From Octopus sinensis (lineage: Eukaryota): a stretch of DNA of 64,000 nucleotides. Location: NCBI RefSeq assembly GCF_006345805.1, contig NC_042999.1:141236001-141300000 (forward strand), in the 5' to 3' direction. This document shows, piece after piece, positions 1 to 11,921 of the stretch. Position numbers and translations under genes: made by a program. The notes under the pieces are model-generated. The model saw nothing but the letters and a program-made list of their open reading frames with translations, did not search any database and had not been told where the DNA came from. The first letter of the stretch is position 1, and each line of letters begins with the position of its first letter.

Positions 1-643
1 CTGTGTCTTTCCACCACCACCACTTGATAATTGGTGGTGGTCTGTTTTGAATCCCCATAACTTAGTGATTTGGCAAAAGGGACCAATAGACTAAATACCA
101 GGCTTACAAAAAATAAGTACTGGGATCAATTCATTCAACTAAAAATCCTTCAAGACAGTGCCCCAGCATGGCCACTGTCTAATGGCTGAAACAAATAAAA
201 GATAAAAGATGTGTGTGTGTAAATAGCCACATGAGTTCTTGTTCAAAAATACTACCCTTCTAGATGGGGCGGAAGATCACTTCTTACTCATACGTTCTAT
301 TCTTGGCATTTTTTCCATGGCTGGATGCTCTTCTTAATATCAACCACTTCACAGAGTGTAATGGGCATATTTTATCATGGTACCAACACTAGGGAAATCA
401 TCATGCCCACAGCCAAACTTAAAAAGTTATTTCAGTTTTTATATGTCCAAGCTATTATCATCATCATTCTTGATCATTAGGTGTAGACATAGCTGTGTGA
501 TTAAGGAGGTTGCTTCACAAACATGACTTTGGGGTCAACACCTTAGGAAAGTCTCTTACCATAGCCCTTGGTCAACCAATACCTTGTGAGTGAATTTGAT
601 AGAAGGAACCTGTGCAGAACCCCATCAATACATGTGGGCTATT

Positions 644-743
<100 letters not shown>

Positions 744-753
744 TGTGTATACA

Positions 754-786
<33 letters not shown>

Positions 787-2599
787 ACATATCCACAAGC
801 CCATTCAGAAAATCAGTTTTCTTATTCTCAATCTTTCCACAGATAAAATTGCAAAGATATACACTAAACAAGCAACCTACATAACATGCATGTAATTATT
901 TTTGTATTGTTTTTCAAAATTTTAAATCAATTTCTTCAATATTTATTGAAAGTATTCCTGTCCTATCACTCACACACTCATGCATACACAGACACACACT
1001 GAACACTTTAAAATGTAAATTAATACCTCCTAATATATCTCATGCTTCATTTATTGTTGTTATTTAATCTCCTTATATGCATTACGGCTGGTTTCTACAT
1101 TGTTCAGCATTATTGTGTATAATAATGAAAGCTTTCTTCTTTAATTTTGTTAATTGTTTGCTCTTTGTTTTGGTGTATTTTAGATATTGTTTTTTTTTTC
1201 CATGAAGTGCATGGAAAGAAAGCATATTGCTGCATGATGGTGAGATTAGAGCATTGAATGTAGGAGGTCTTATGAGGCTGTATGTGAGCTAAGAGTACAG
1301 CTGATTATCAAAGGCCTCCACTAATGTGTGTATAAGACATGATTGTGCTAGTATGGATATGTGATGTGAATGGATGATGAAAGTTGGAGGGGGAAATGTC
1401 AGCTGCTGACAGTGGCAGATATCTTTAGTATCTTTGATAGACTACAAAAGACAAAGCAAGGAAAGTGATAAGGTTTTTAAGGTATTGAATTTTACATGCA
1501 AACTGACAAATGATGAAGATGAATGACATCATTATCATCATTTTTTAACATTCATTTTCAATGTTAGCACAAGTAGGACAATTCAGCAGGATTTAATGGA
1601 TCCAATGACTACATCATGCCACAGTGTCTGCTTTGCCATAGTTTCTACTGGTGGACGCCCTTCCTAATACCAACTACTATACAAAGTGTACTGGATGCTT
1701 TTTTTCATGGCACCAGCACTAGTGTAGTTACCATGCACTTTACAAGACCAAGATACACTTTAACTGAGTGGAGCTACAGTAGAAAGGGATGTGACTTTAT
1801 GTGAAGAGATAAGTTAAAATATGAAAGGGGCCAAAATAGATTTCTTGTTGTGGAGGAGCTACATAGTTACGTTATAAAAGAGATGAGAGTAACTGGAGTG
1901 GATCTGGAAAGAGAGGGGAAAAGTGTGATGAAGTGTTAGGAGGAACCCTCAATGTCCAAGATGAGTTGATGTGAATGGGGACAGAATAATAGGGTGTGTA
2001 ATAGAAGAATAGGTAGGTATATAACACAAGAGTGTATGATGAGAGAAGGGATACTTAAAGATGGAGAATGAGTAAGGGATGAATATAATGGATGAAGAAC
2101 AAGACTTGAGAGAGGGTATGTTGGAGGGAAGATGCAAAAGAGTAGGTGATGACTGTAGAGATTGTGTATGGTTGAAGATTGGCTGTAGTGAATGGTGGTC
2201 AAAGGTGAAGAGGTGATCAATGATACGTGAGAGATGAAAGATGAGAGAGTGGGTGATGACTGACACTACAGAAGAAGGTGAGGAGAAGCAGAATAGTATT
2301 AATAAAATAGTAGAAAAAAGGAGGACGAGAGAAAAGGAGATGATATGTAGGAAGGTATGTTGCAAGAGTGTTGGGGTAAAGGTAATCATAGTGTATGAGG
2401 TGGTGATAGATAAGGAGAGATAATTTGGTAGCACAAAAGGTGCAAAAGGATACTAAAATGTGAGTGGAGAGGTTGCTTTGTCCCCTGCAAGACAAAAGAG
2501 TCTTCATTAATCTATGTTGTCTCCATTTGTTCAAGGCACAAACAAGAAAGTGAATAGAAGAGAGAGTGATGACAGAACAGTACACTTGATTTCTTTTGT

Positions 2600-2990
2600 A
2601 TCCAGCTTTTCTCTCTGCTCTCATGCTTCTTGCACAGTAATATTACACATGCAGCAGTGCAGCAGAGCATAATCTCTTAATTTCTTTCTATCTTTTTATG
2701 AATCTTCTACTTTCAATGTCCATGTCTCATTACTATGTAGCATTGCAGGTTACATGCAAGCATCATGCAATCTGTCCTTCCCTCTGTGAGAGAAACCTTT
2801 TGCTATTAGCAGAGATAGCAGCTTCCTGAACTTTTTTCACTCTGTTCTTAGTCAAGCTTTTGGAACTCCTTCCTCCAATGCTAATTAGGTCTCCTTGATG
2901 ACAAAAGCTGCCAACTACTTCTTGTAGCCATCCAAGCATTTTTGTATGAATTGTTGGACCATGCAGTTTTAGACCAAATTGTCATTCTTG
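2600..2990 (-). mobile_element. Degenerate RTE-like LINE 3' fragment
   Basis: Similar to the better-preserved RTE RT tail at 45500-45800 (e.g. aatctgtc..tc.ctctg.g.gaga..ccttt). Confidence 0.55.
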
Positions 2991-3079
2991 CCATCCAGCG
3001 CTCTCTCTTCCTCTAACTCTCTCTTTCTCTCTGTCTCTCCCTCCCTCTCACTTTCTTTCTTTCTTTCTTATATTCATCA

Positions 3080-4200
3080 TTTTCTAATTGAGAATAGGAT
3101 CTTTTCTTTACAAAATGTAATTACAGACTCCAACAGATTCTCAAAGTTATTCAAGATATTGCTGGTTGGCAGCTACTTCCTTTCTTCAATAAAATTTCTG
3201 AACTATCAGAGAATCCTTGCACTGAAGTGTATAAAATTAAAAATTTCACCGACAGATTTCATAACTTCTTCATACTTAAAGTCTGCCAGATGTTCATGAG
3301 GAAAAGAATGCAATGAACAGGGAGAAACTCTGGACAGCTAGGATCCCTCTTCATAAATGCTGTTAATCATGCATTTTCCCTACCATTGCAGGAGCTCCAT
3401 TTGTTGCAACACTGATAAGTTTATTTAGTGGAGCATCAACATTTAAGGTTCTTTCAAATGCATTTTTAATATCAGCACCATCAGCTGTATCTTTTAATGT
3501 TACTAAGTACAACATCTCTTCTTTTGCAATTGCATCAAAAGAAATGTAGCAAACAAATACTGCCAGTAGTAGGTCGATTGCCAATAGCAGTATTTCTGTA
3601 GATTTGTTTAGAGAATTCTTTAATGTTGAATATATGAGAATCTTTAACCCTTTAAACATTCAGATTATTATGTTAAACATAATACTTATTTATTCAAATT
3701 GTTTTGTATTAACTATGCATTATCTCACAGCATTGAGATTTCGATGATGTAATAGTTTTATTCTTAGAATGACATTGTAGGGTATGTTGGAAAGATTGAA
3801 TTTAGAAGTTTGAACATAAAACAGGTAGAATATTTTGGTTGGATTTGGCCAGTTTAAAATGTTAAAATGTTAAAGTGTTTTTGCAACATAAGTACTGATC
3901 TGGGAGATAAGTATCTTTGTATGGAGTGAAACTGATGTTTGTGCTATCCAGTCAAAAGAAGTTTTATTCTATGGACTCCAAATACTATAATAACTCAAGC
4001 AATATTCTTTTTATCAAATTTGCCATCAGAATATGGGTGTTTAACCTAAGTAATATTCCATTTCAAAACAAGCTTCACCCATTGCGTAGGCTTCCTTACA
4101 GAACAGTATCAGCTGACTATTTAGTGATGATTTTTTTTTAACAGAGTTAACTTATTTTTTCTCAACCCTGATTCATTTAAGTGGACAAGAATACAAAAGT
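3080..4200 (-). mobile_element. hAT (Buster/Charlie, GTF2IRD2-like) transposase remnant, interrupted by a MITE
   Basis: ORF 3363-3659: EEMLYLVTLKDTADGADIKNAF...KLISVATNGAPAMVGK resembles hAT 'EE.L.L..L..TT.G.DI...L..I.TDGAP.M.G'; frameshifted. Confidence 0.8.
3648..3869 (+). mobile_element. piggyBac-type MITE (family A)
   Basis: TTAA-CCCTTT... flanked by TTAA; homologous to 21101-21321 and 11922-13377. Confidence 0.75.
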
Positions 4201-7119
4201 TTTATGATTTGCTTCATTTCAGGTTACTGAGTGACTCAGGGTAGATAAATTTAATATAAAGGTTTACCTCCTTTGACAGTGAATATAAAACCATCCTTCT
4301 GCTTTACTTTAAAATTTCTGTTCTCATCTTCATAATTTTATTGCTTACAATTTCATGATGCCAGTTTCTTTCACTAAAGTTTCACAGACACTTGTAAACA
4401 AAATCTGTGACTGAAGTGTACCAATTAGGTTCATAGCCACTAGGCTCAGTCATACATGTAATTTACAGCAAATCAAAGTACTTTCATATTTCACTATTTT
4501 ATACTTTTGATCTTTTGAAGTAATTTTTCTATTTATTTATATCAATCCTTTCATAAATGTTTAGACATTATTTGAATAATTTTTTTATCATTTCTATTTT
4601 TCTTTGAAATGTTTAACAAAAATATGAGTGGGAGAGTAGGTTACAATTTATTTACCATTTGTTTAAGGGAGCTTTAACTGCTATGAGCAAACATATGCTC
4701 TGTTGGTGGTGGTGGTGTTGGTAGTGGTCTTCTTGTGTGACTCCAGATCAGCCCTTTTCAGGCAAACTTCTGATCAAAGTTGTTCATTCCATGACCATCC
4801 TGACTTTTTCATAAGTGCAAGGAACTCAAGTTCACATTATCCAACAATTTCTTTTTCAAGAAATTTGAGGAAAATTTATAAAAAATTTTTTTAGCAAGTT
4901 TAACTATCTTGTAGATCTCTTATTAGTTCATACAAGCTCTATGGTTGTAATTTACTTGACAAGCTGAAACAGAAATGTAAAAAGAAAATTATGAAAAGCA
5001 AAATTTTCCAAAAGCAAAACTACTACATGTGGTGCGTAATGATTAATGTTAAATATAAATTTAAAATTCTAACTCCCTATAGCAGTTTTAACATAGCAAA
5101 CCTGCTGAATAGTTTGTTAGATTTATTTTTTCTTTTATATTGAACCAGAAGAACTGAAATTTAATATTAAATTTGAGATAGAATTTAGCCCCTGTAGCAA
5201 TTTTAGTGTAACAAAACTGAATTAAAGAATACTTTTTTAATGTTTTGTATTACACTGTATTTATGTATATGACGTGAAGTTAAGTCTAGCCTAGATTGAT
5301 TAAGTTACCTGAAATCAGTCCCTCTTCTTAGGTGCTCCCAAATCTTTACCACCATTCCCCACCCATCACATCAGTCCTCTGATATTTCACTGTAACCCTT
5401 GCTGACCTGATTTCTCTGCCTCTATCAAGAAAAATTCTTTCCATCAGCGGTACTAGCTGTTACTCACAAGTGAGTGTGACTTTGTAATGAGTACCATGCT
5501 TATGCTAATTCTTTTAGTGCCTATGTAGGTGCTGACATAGACACCTTCTTGCTTCTTTCACCCTTGAGCCAGGATGTGACAGCTGGAAGGAGAGAGGGCT
5601 GCACCAGCTGAATAGACTGGAGCAATATAAAATAATGTGCCTTGCTCAAAAACACAATATGCTGCCTGCTCCACAAATTGAACCAATGAACATAAGATCA
5701 TGAGGTCAGAACCCTAAGCATTATGTCACATGTCCTCTGTGCTGAAGAGCAAAATGTCACTGGGATCTAACACTGAAATTAGGATTTAAATTTCTGAAAT
5801 ATTTTTTGTAACTATGAATATTAAACTTAATCCTATGTTGGCATGAGTTCAATAGTTTGACAGAATTCAGTGGGTCAATGTTTGTTTTGGTATGGTTTCT
5901 GGATGCCTTTCCTAAGCCAAACCACTTTACAGAGTGTACTGGGTACTTTTTTCATGGTACCAGCACTAGTGAGGCCACTATGCAGCTTGCAAGACTAAGA
6001 TCCTCTTCGGATGAGTGGGACTACAGTAGAGAAAGAGATGGTTTTATACTAAGAGATGATAAGTCAAAGTATGAAGAAGAACAGAACAGGTTTCTTGCTG
6101 TAGAGGAGCTGCATTATAGAAAATTGGATGGGAGTAACTGGAATATACCCAGTAAATAATTATAATGCTTGAATATTTTTTTTTTATTTGCCAGGATAAA
6201 AAAAACAACAGACGCTCAATCAACTTATTTTTCACAAGACATACATTGTCTAAGAGGTACTTGTAGCTCATTTACTACATTTTTGACCAACCTGTAACAG
6301 TCAGAACATGATGCAACAACTTGGTTTGGCATTTTGTTCTTGTTTTAAGTGGTGGCTGCAACGGAAACGGACAAGATAGAATTAATTTCTATTTAATTTT
6401 TTACCACTGAAACATGAAACCCTTACAAGCTTTTGCATTTCAGTTCTATTTATATATATATATATATAATGGGTTTCTGTGCAGTTTTCAACTCCCATTT
6501 TTTTTTTACAAGCTATTAGCTACTCATGTACAAAGTCCCAATATATTAGTTATGAGGTTAAGGTGACCATAACCATAACCTAATAATAAATGTACATAGA
6601 TTGATTGTTCAATTTATATTTTGGTATTGATTGTTCAATGCAGTTTCTAGTACTATCTCAGACAACTGTGCACAGAATTTGAAGCTAAAATCACTAGTTA
6701 TTATTTAACCCCAAGCCAGACTTGATTCAACAGAGCTATGATTAAGGGCATTTCAGCCATGACCATCCCATCTTTTTTGTATTTTGTATTTCTTGGACTA
6801 TTGTGTCTTTTGTTTTTAAGATGGCAGGATGTTATTGAAAGGGGTAATTCAGCTGCTATTTCTAGCAGGTTGAGGAACTATGTAAATGATTTCTTATGAG
6901 ATTTGTCCCTCTTTGTATCAGGATTAGCAGTATTTTTTAAATGTTTTTGAAATACCATGCTGTTAAGTTATTGATGATTAGCAAAATGTCAGCTCTGATG
7001 AAGTACACCTCTGATCACAATTCTTTTTCTGTTTGTTAAAGAAGTCATTATTCAGTGTCTCCATTTGCTTTTAAGCTGGTTAAGGTGTGATTTGAGAAAG
7101 ATTTGACTGTAGAGTTTAA

Positions 7120-7338
7120 CCCTTTCGTTACTGTATTTCTGTTGAGATGCTCTGTGTTTCTTCCAATTACTTTAAGTATAACAAAGAATTTAGTAAAATA
7201 ACTTTGTTATCATTCAGCTATTGTTAGGAATATAAATTGTGACTAAGATTGGTGGAAGATTTTAATTCAAAACTTATGAAGACAAGACATTTGTATTCAA
7301 AGCCAGAGCCGGTTTCAGCCGGGTTGGTAATGAAAGGG
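7120..7338. mobile_element. piggyBac-type MITE (family B)
   Basis: TTAA|CCCTTTCGTTAC ... GTAATGAAAGGG|TTAA: terminal inverted repeats with TTAA duplication. Confidence 0.85.
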
Positions 7339-7399
7339 TTAAATATATGTGGATAATTTGACATGTAATGGTAAAAAATTGTTTAGGTTGTAGTGGGTG

Positions 7400-8490
7400 A
7401 CAACTGTTATATGTGCGCCCTCTCATATCTAGATGGTCTTTCATTAATTTCACTTTCTTTGTAATAACAGTTGCCAACTTCCTTAAGGCTGTTCACCCTA
7501 GGTGTCATTCATGAAATCATTAGCAAATTTTTTGCCCTCCTTTAAGACAGAACAAAGTTTCTTATGCCTCTAGTAACTTTTAATGAATTTTAGCATCCAG
7601 TCGTCAGTTGTTTCATGATATTTGGCCAGTTCAAATATGGTGATTTTGTAAAAAAGTTCAAACTGGATCAAGCCTTGCCCTCCTTGTGCACTGGAAAGAT
7701 AAAGACGATTCATGTCTGCCTTTGGGTGCTGCATATTTTTACAAGCCAGTAGCTTACAAATTTTTTTTATCAATTTTCTTTGTTTCACTGATATTCCTAT
7801 TCAACACATTGAAGCTATAAGTAACAACTGGAACTGCTAAGGAATTTATGGCTAACGCCTTGTTATGTACATTTAGCTCAGATTTCAGAACTGCCTGAAC
7901 TCTCCTATAATGAATTTTATAGAAGAGTTCTCTTTCATTCTTACCTGCTGAATGCCAAAGCATTCATTTAATTCTAGGTATTTATAAGTTTATTCCTGCT
8001 CAAGTTCTTTTATAATTATGTCAACATATAACATGACTAAATTTGAAGTTTTCAGTTTCTCTTTCTGGATAGTGGCCTTGGCACACTTATCATGACCAAA
8101 CTCCATCTCAGTGTTATCACTGAATGCTTTCACAGTACATAATAGGCCCTCAAGCTCATAATTGTCTTTTACTATAGAGTTTTTAAGTCATTCACATAAA
8201 ATAGATGGACTATTATTGTTGTCAATTTTATACCCATACCCTGTTCTGCTAAGTTCACTTGTAAGGGGTATTAGAGCTGAGCAAAAAATTAGAAATGAAA
8301 GTGAGTCACCTTAGAAAATTCCACATTTGATGATAATATTGTTTGAAGCTAGTATTCTATTATAATGATATTATTGGAGACACATATTCCACAATGACAT
8401 GCTATGCTTCAGAAAGTTTAAAATCACATGAGAAATTTTGAAGATGTCTAGCAATTTCAGGATCCGTGAATGCAGTATGCTGTCAAAGGC
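7400..8490 (-). mobile_element. R4/Dong-like non-LTR retrotransposon RT remnant
   Basis: NKALAINSLAVPVVTYSF and HPKADMNRLYLSSAQGGQGL (RT thumb 'RLY..R..GGRGL' motif); frameshifted. Confidence 0.8.
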
Positions 8491-8499
8491 CTTTATTAT

Positions 8500-9230
8500 T
8501 ATTGTTTCTTTTTATCTCGGGTTTTGTTGTAACTCCTGGAGTCTTGCATGCATGATGTCTTCTGTTACTGTCCCCAAGGAACCAACAATAATTGACACTA
8601 ACTTCACCATTATTATCATTATATCATCTCTGTATCACAGGTCTTGTTGGAGCTCCTGGAGTCTTGCATGCATAGCGGGCTTACTACCTGCAGTCTACAG
8701 TACCATGCTATTCATTATTTTCAGCTACCTTTCTGGTTATTCTAGCCGTGCCAAGGAGACAAACCTTTTGTAACAGTTCTACTGGGCACTCTATTCCAAT
8801 TTTCCTTATATTCCTCTTGATGCCTTTTGATACTGTTCCCAAGGACCCAACAATAATTGACATTATCTTCGCCTTCATTTTCCATAGCTGGCTATTTCAT
8901 ACTTAAGAGGACATGTATCTCTCTATCTTTTTGCCTTCCTTCTTCACTATTCATAGGTCAAAAGGGCATGCAATGTCAACTATATAGTACATGTAGTGTA
9001 CCTTGTCTACCACTACTAGGTCCAATCTGTTATGCTCTAGCACCTGACTTGTTTGGATTGGGAAATCCCAGAAGATTTTACTAGTCTCTGACACTGCTAC
9101 TCTCTTTGGTTTGTGCTCATACCACATCTTGCCTCTCTCTAGCCCCCCACTTTTCACTGTTTCCAATGTAGCACTTTCACTACCTGATTGTGTTGCCACA
9201 ACTTGCAATGGTTTGGGGCAAGTCTAGGGC
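8500..9230 (-). mobile_element. R4/Dong-like 3' fragments including restriction-like endonuclease domain
   Basis: WYEHKP...IFWDFPIQTSQVLEHNRLDLVVVDK...IVDIACPFD (RPD...D RLE motif); duplicated 3' ends separated by ATT repeats. Confidence 0.8.
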
Positions 9231-9424
9231 ATTCATTCATAATTATCACTATTATTCTTATTATTATTATTCCGGACAATAGGCATAAGTTAAAATAATA
9301 AGATAAGAACAGTAATAAATGAGTGAAGAAAAAAATATATAGTGCGTGTGTTTATTTGGCAGAAAAAAGTAAATAAAATAAAATGACCATCCCGAAATAC
9401 AACAACAACATTATTATCATTATT

Positions 9425-9685
9425 ATTGGCCGTTGCCAGCCTCGCCTGGCACCTGTGCAGGTGGCACATAAAAAGCACCCACTACACTCATGGAGTGGTT
9501 GGCGTTAGGAAGGGCATCCAGTTGTAGAAACACTGCCAGATCAGACTGGAGCCTGGTGCAGCCTTCTGGCTTCCCAGATCCCCAGTCGAACCGTCCAACC
9601 CATGCTAGCATGGAGAACGGACGTTAAACGATGATGATGATGATGATTATTATTATTATTATCATTATTATTATTATCATCATCA

Positions 9686-9719
<34 letters not shown>

Positions 9720-9724
9720 CATTA

Positions 9725-9773
<49 letters not shown>

Positions 9774-9775
9774 TT
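9425..9775 (+). mobile_element. RTE-type 3' UTR fragment with (ATG)n/(ATT)n tail
   Basis: ggagtggttggcgttaggaagggcatccag...ccaacccatgctagcatgga..acggacgttaaacgatgatg; same sequence as the 3' UTR attached to RT at 44780-46250; other copies at 19830-20230 (-) and 41185-41470 (+). Confidence 0.8.
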
Positions 9776-9791
9776 TATTATATTTTTTCAG

Positions 9792-9855
9792 CAATATACG
9801 GAATTTGGTTCTATGACAAAGATGATTGTGCTCGTGTGGGACAGCTGATAAATAG
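9792..9855 (+). CDS. DCP1: DCP1 (mRNA-decapping enzyme 1A/1B-like) internal exon, end of EVH1 domain
   Basis: ttttttcag|CAATATACGGAATTTGGTTCTATGAC...AATAG|gtaag; translates xIYGIWFYDKDDCARVGQLIN(S), matching the DCP1 EVH1 'IYxIWFYD..DC' signature; 64 nt, phase 1 in, phase 2 out. Confidence 0.93.
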
Positions 9856-10266
9856 GTAAGAAAGATATTTCATGTATCTAATTTCAAGATCACTGTTTGT
9901 ATGAAAATTATACAACTAAATGTAACAATTCTATTTCATTACCAGTTCTGAGTAAGTCAGAAATGAAAAACAAACAGGTTTTATTCTGGGAAGTTTAGAA
10001 TTCTGAATATAAAAGGATGAAACAATATGTTTTAAGGTATTTAGTCTAGCACTATACCATTTCAACCAATTCACTGACCTCTCATGTAATGACATTAATT
10101 ATATTTATTAAATAAATACTAAATTAGCTTTTTATTTTGCACCATAAACTAAAACTTATTGCTTTTCCTTCCTTTCTCTCTCTCTCTCTCCCCCACTTTA
10201 AGTAGTATATATCAATATCTATCTGTCTATTTACCTATCTATCTATTTATCTAATCTATGTATGCA

Positions 10267-10316
<50 letters not shown>

Positions 10317-10425
10317 AGAATATAAGGATAAAAATCACGTTGATGATTTTTATCAAGTAGTCAGCATGCTATAAAAATTTATAGACAATACATTAGATTA
10401 ATAATAATGTGCATATTTATGTAAT

Positions 10426-10775
10426 TATATCAAGAGAGATCAGGCAAAAACAAACCTTTCTCCAGCATGCTTTGAGTGCCAATGCCTTCAAAAACTACCA
10501 AAATCTCCAGCTCAATCCAAATAACTGTATGTACAATTATTTGGACTTATATTCCCCTATCCATGTATTGTGTTGACGAAGGAAAAAAGCTATTTTTTGA
10601 TTTAATCCAGAAATTGGAACCAATTCACAATTAATGTGAGCTCTTTTTAATTTTCTCTCACTAGCCTGATTTCAGCCACGTGTATATTTTAGCTGGAATT
10701 TTCGGTAGTTTTTGAAGGTATCGACATTTCAAGCATGCTGGAGTAAGGTTGTTTTCGCCCAATCTCCCTTGATAT

Positions 10776-10776
<1 letters not shown>
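10426..10776. repeat. Imperfect inverted repeat (~90 bp arms) enclosing a hammerhead motif; Penelope pLTR-like
   Basis: tatatcaagagagat...ctccagcatgctt...ccttcaaaaactacc...tccagct (10426-10516) is reverse-complementary to 10686-10776. Confidence 0.8.
10567..10631 (+). ncRNA. Type I hammerhead ribozyme-like motif (C3U variant)
   Basis: Stem I attgtg/cacaat; core TTGACGA; stem II gga/tcc; GAAA; stem III ttgg-aa-ccaa; triplet AUU. Confidence 0.6.
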
Positions 10777-10806
<30 letters not shown>

Positions 10807-10816
<10 letters not shown>

Positions 10817-10972
10817 TAAATTAGAGACAAAACCACTATTATGCAAATCAAACAAAGAAAGACATAAGCCAATACATAAAATAGTTTATATAAATTATTT
10901 TATGTATTGGCTTAAGTCTTTCTTTGTTTGATTTGCATAATAGTGGTTTTGTCTCTAATTTAATATAATATA
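10807..10972. repeat. 166-bp near-perfect spacerless palindrome next to a (TA)n tract
   Basis: Centre at 10889/10890; arms pair with only ~2 mismatches. Confidence 0.95.
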
Positions 10973-11065
10973 ATATTTTACTATAAAATTGGATTCAATC
11001 CTAAATCTGATTTTTCCCTGTAAATTTGGATTTATTCCCTAATATTTATTATATATATATATATA

Positions 11066-11760
11066 TACAGAAGGGATGCTCAAAAGAAACCAGAGTTTTG
11101 CAATATTATTTTATTCACTTAGTTTTACATGTTTACACTTTTATTGCCTTCAAAGTATTCTCCATTTGAAGCAATGCATCAGTCCAGATGCATTTTCCAC
11201 TGTTCAAAGCAGTCCTGGAACTCTTGCAAAGTGATGCCTTTTAAGACCTCTGTCATTTTTGTCTTCACGTCTTTAAGGACTTTTTTCATTGAGGGGAACA
11301 AAAAGGGTCCGGATCAACTTCCAGCTGTTCTTTCAGTTCACATGTATTCAGCCATGACTGCTTTTGATCTTCAGTTAGCAACTGAAGCACAAATTTTGCT
11401 TCAACTCTTTTCATTCATAATTCCTTGCTCAAAATTCATTGGCAGGAGCTCCAGGACACACTGGTCATATCAACAAGTTTGTCAGTTGTTCAGCGATGGT
11501 TCTCCAAGACCAGTTCATGAATTGTCATGATTTCTGCCTTTGTTCAGGAGGTCAACAGTTGCTCTGAACAAAGTTGGCAAGTGCCCATTCCTAAAGCATG
11601 AAAAAAATACTTGTAAACTTGTTTTTTGCCCATGGCAGCATCCTTGTAAGCTATTTGAAGCATGACAACTGTTTCTGCTGCCATTTTCCACAGTAGAATT
11701 TCATGGAAGCACACTGTAATACCAGTCAGCAGATTGATGCCTGAGGGTTGCATGAAGTGT
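11066..11760 (-). mobile_element. Internally deleted mariner transposon
   Basis: N-terminal AAETVVMLQIAYKDAAMGKKQVYKYF (HTH region) and C-terminal CIASNGEYFEG; abuts a (TA)n tract. Confidence 0.8.
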
Positions 11761-11921
11761 TCTAATCCAATACATTTATTGTCTTAGATTTGTGAGCAGG
11801 GCACTAAATTATGTGTCTCAACTCCCCTATATGTCAAAAATAGATACTAGATCCTCAGCAAATGTTACCTGTTGTAGGTTGCTTTCCTATTTAAGAATAG
11901 ATTTATTCCTCATCTGCTTAA

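Noticed and set aside
1936-2434. Ser/His/Leu-rich minus-strand ORFs in a purine-skewed tract (similar at 13700-14250 and 24930-25530)
   Set aside because: Low-complexity strand skew suppresses stops; no domain or splice evidence
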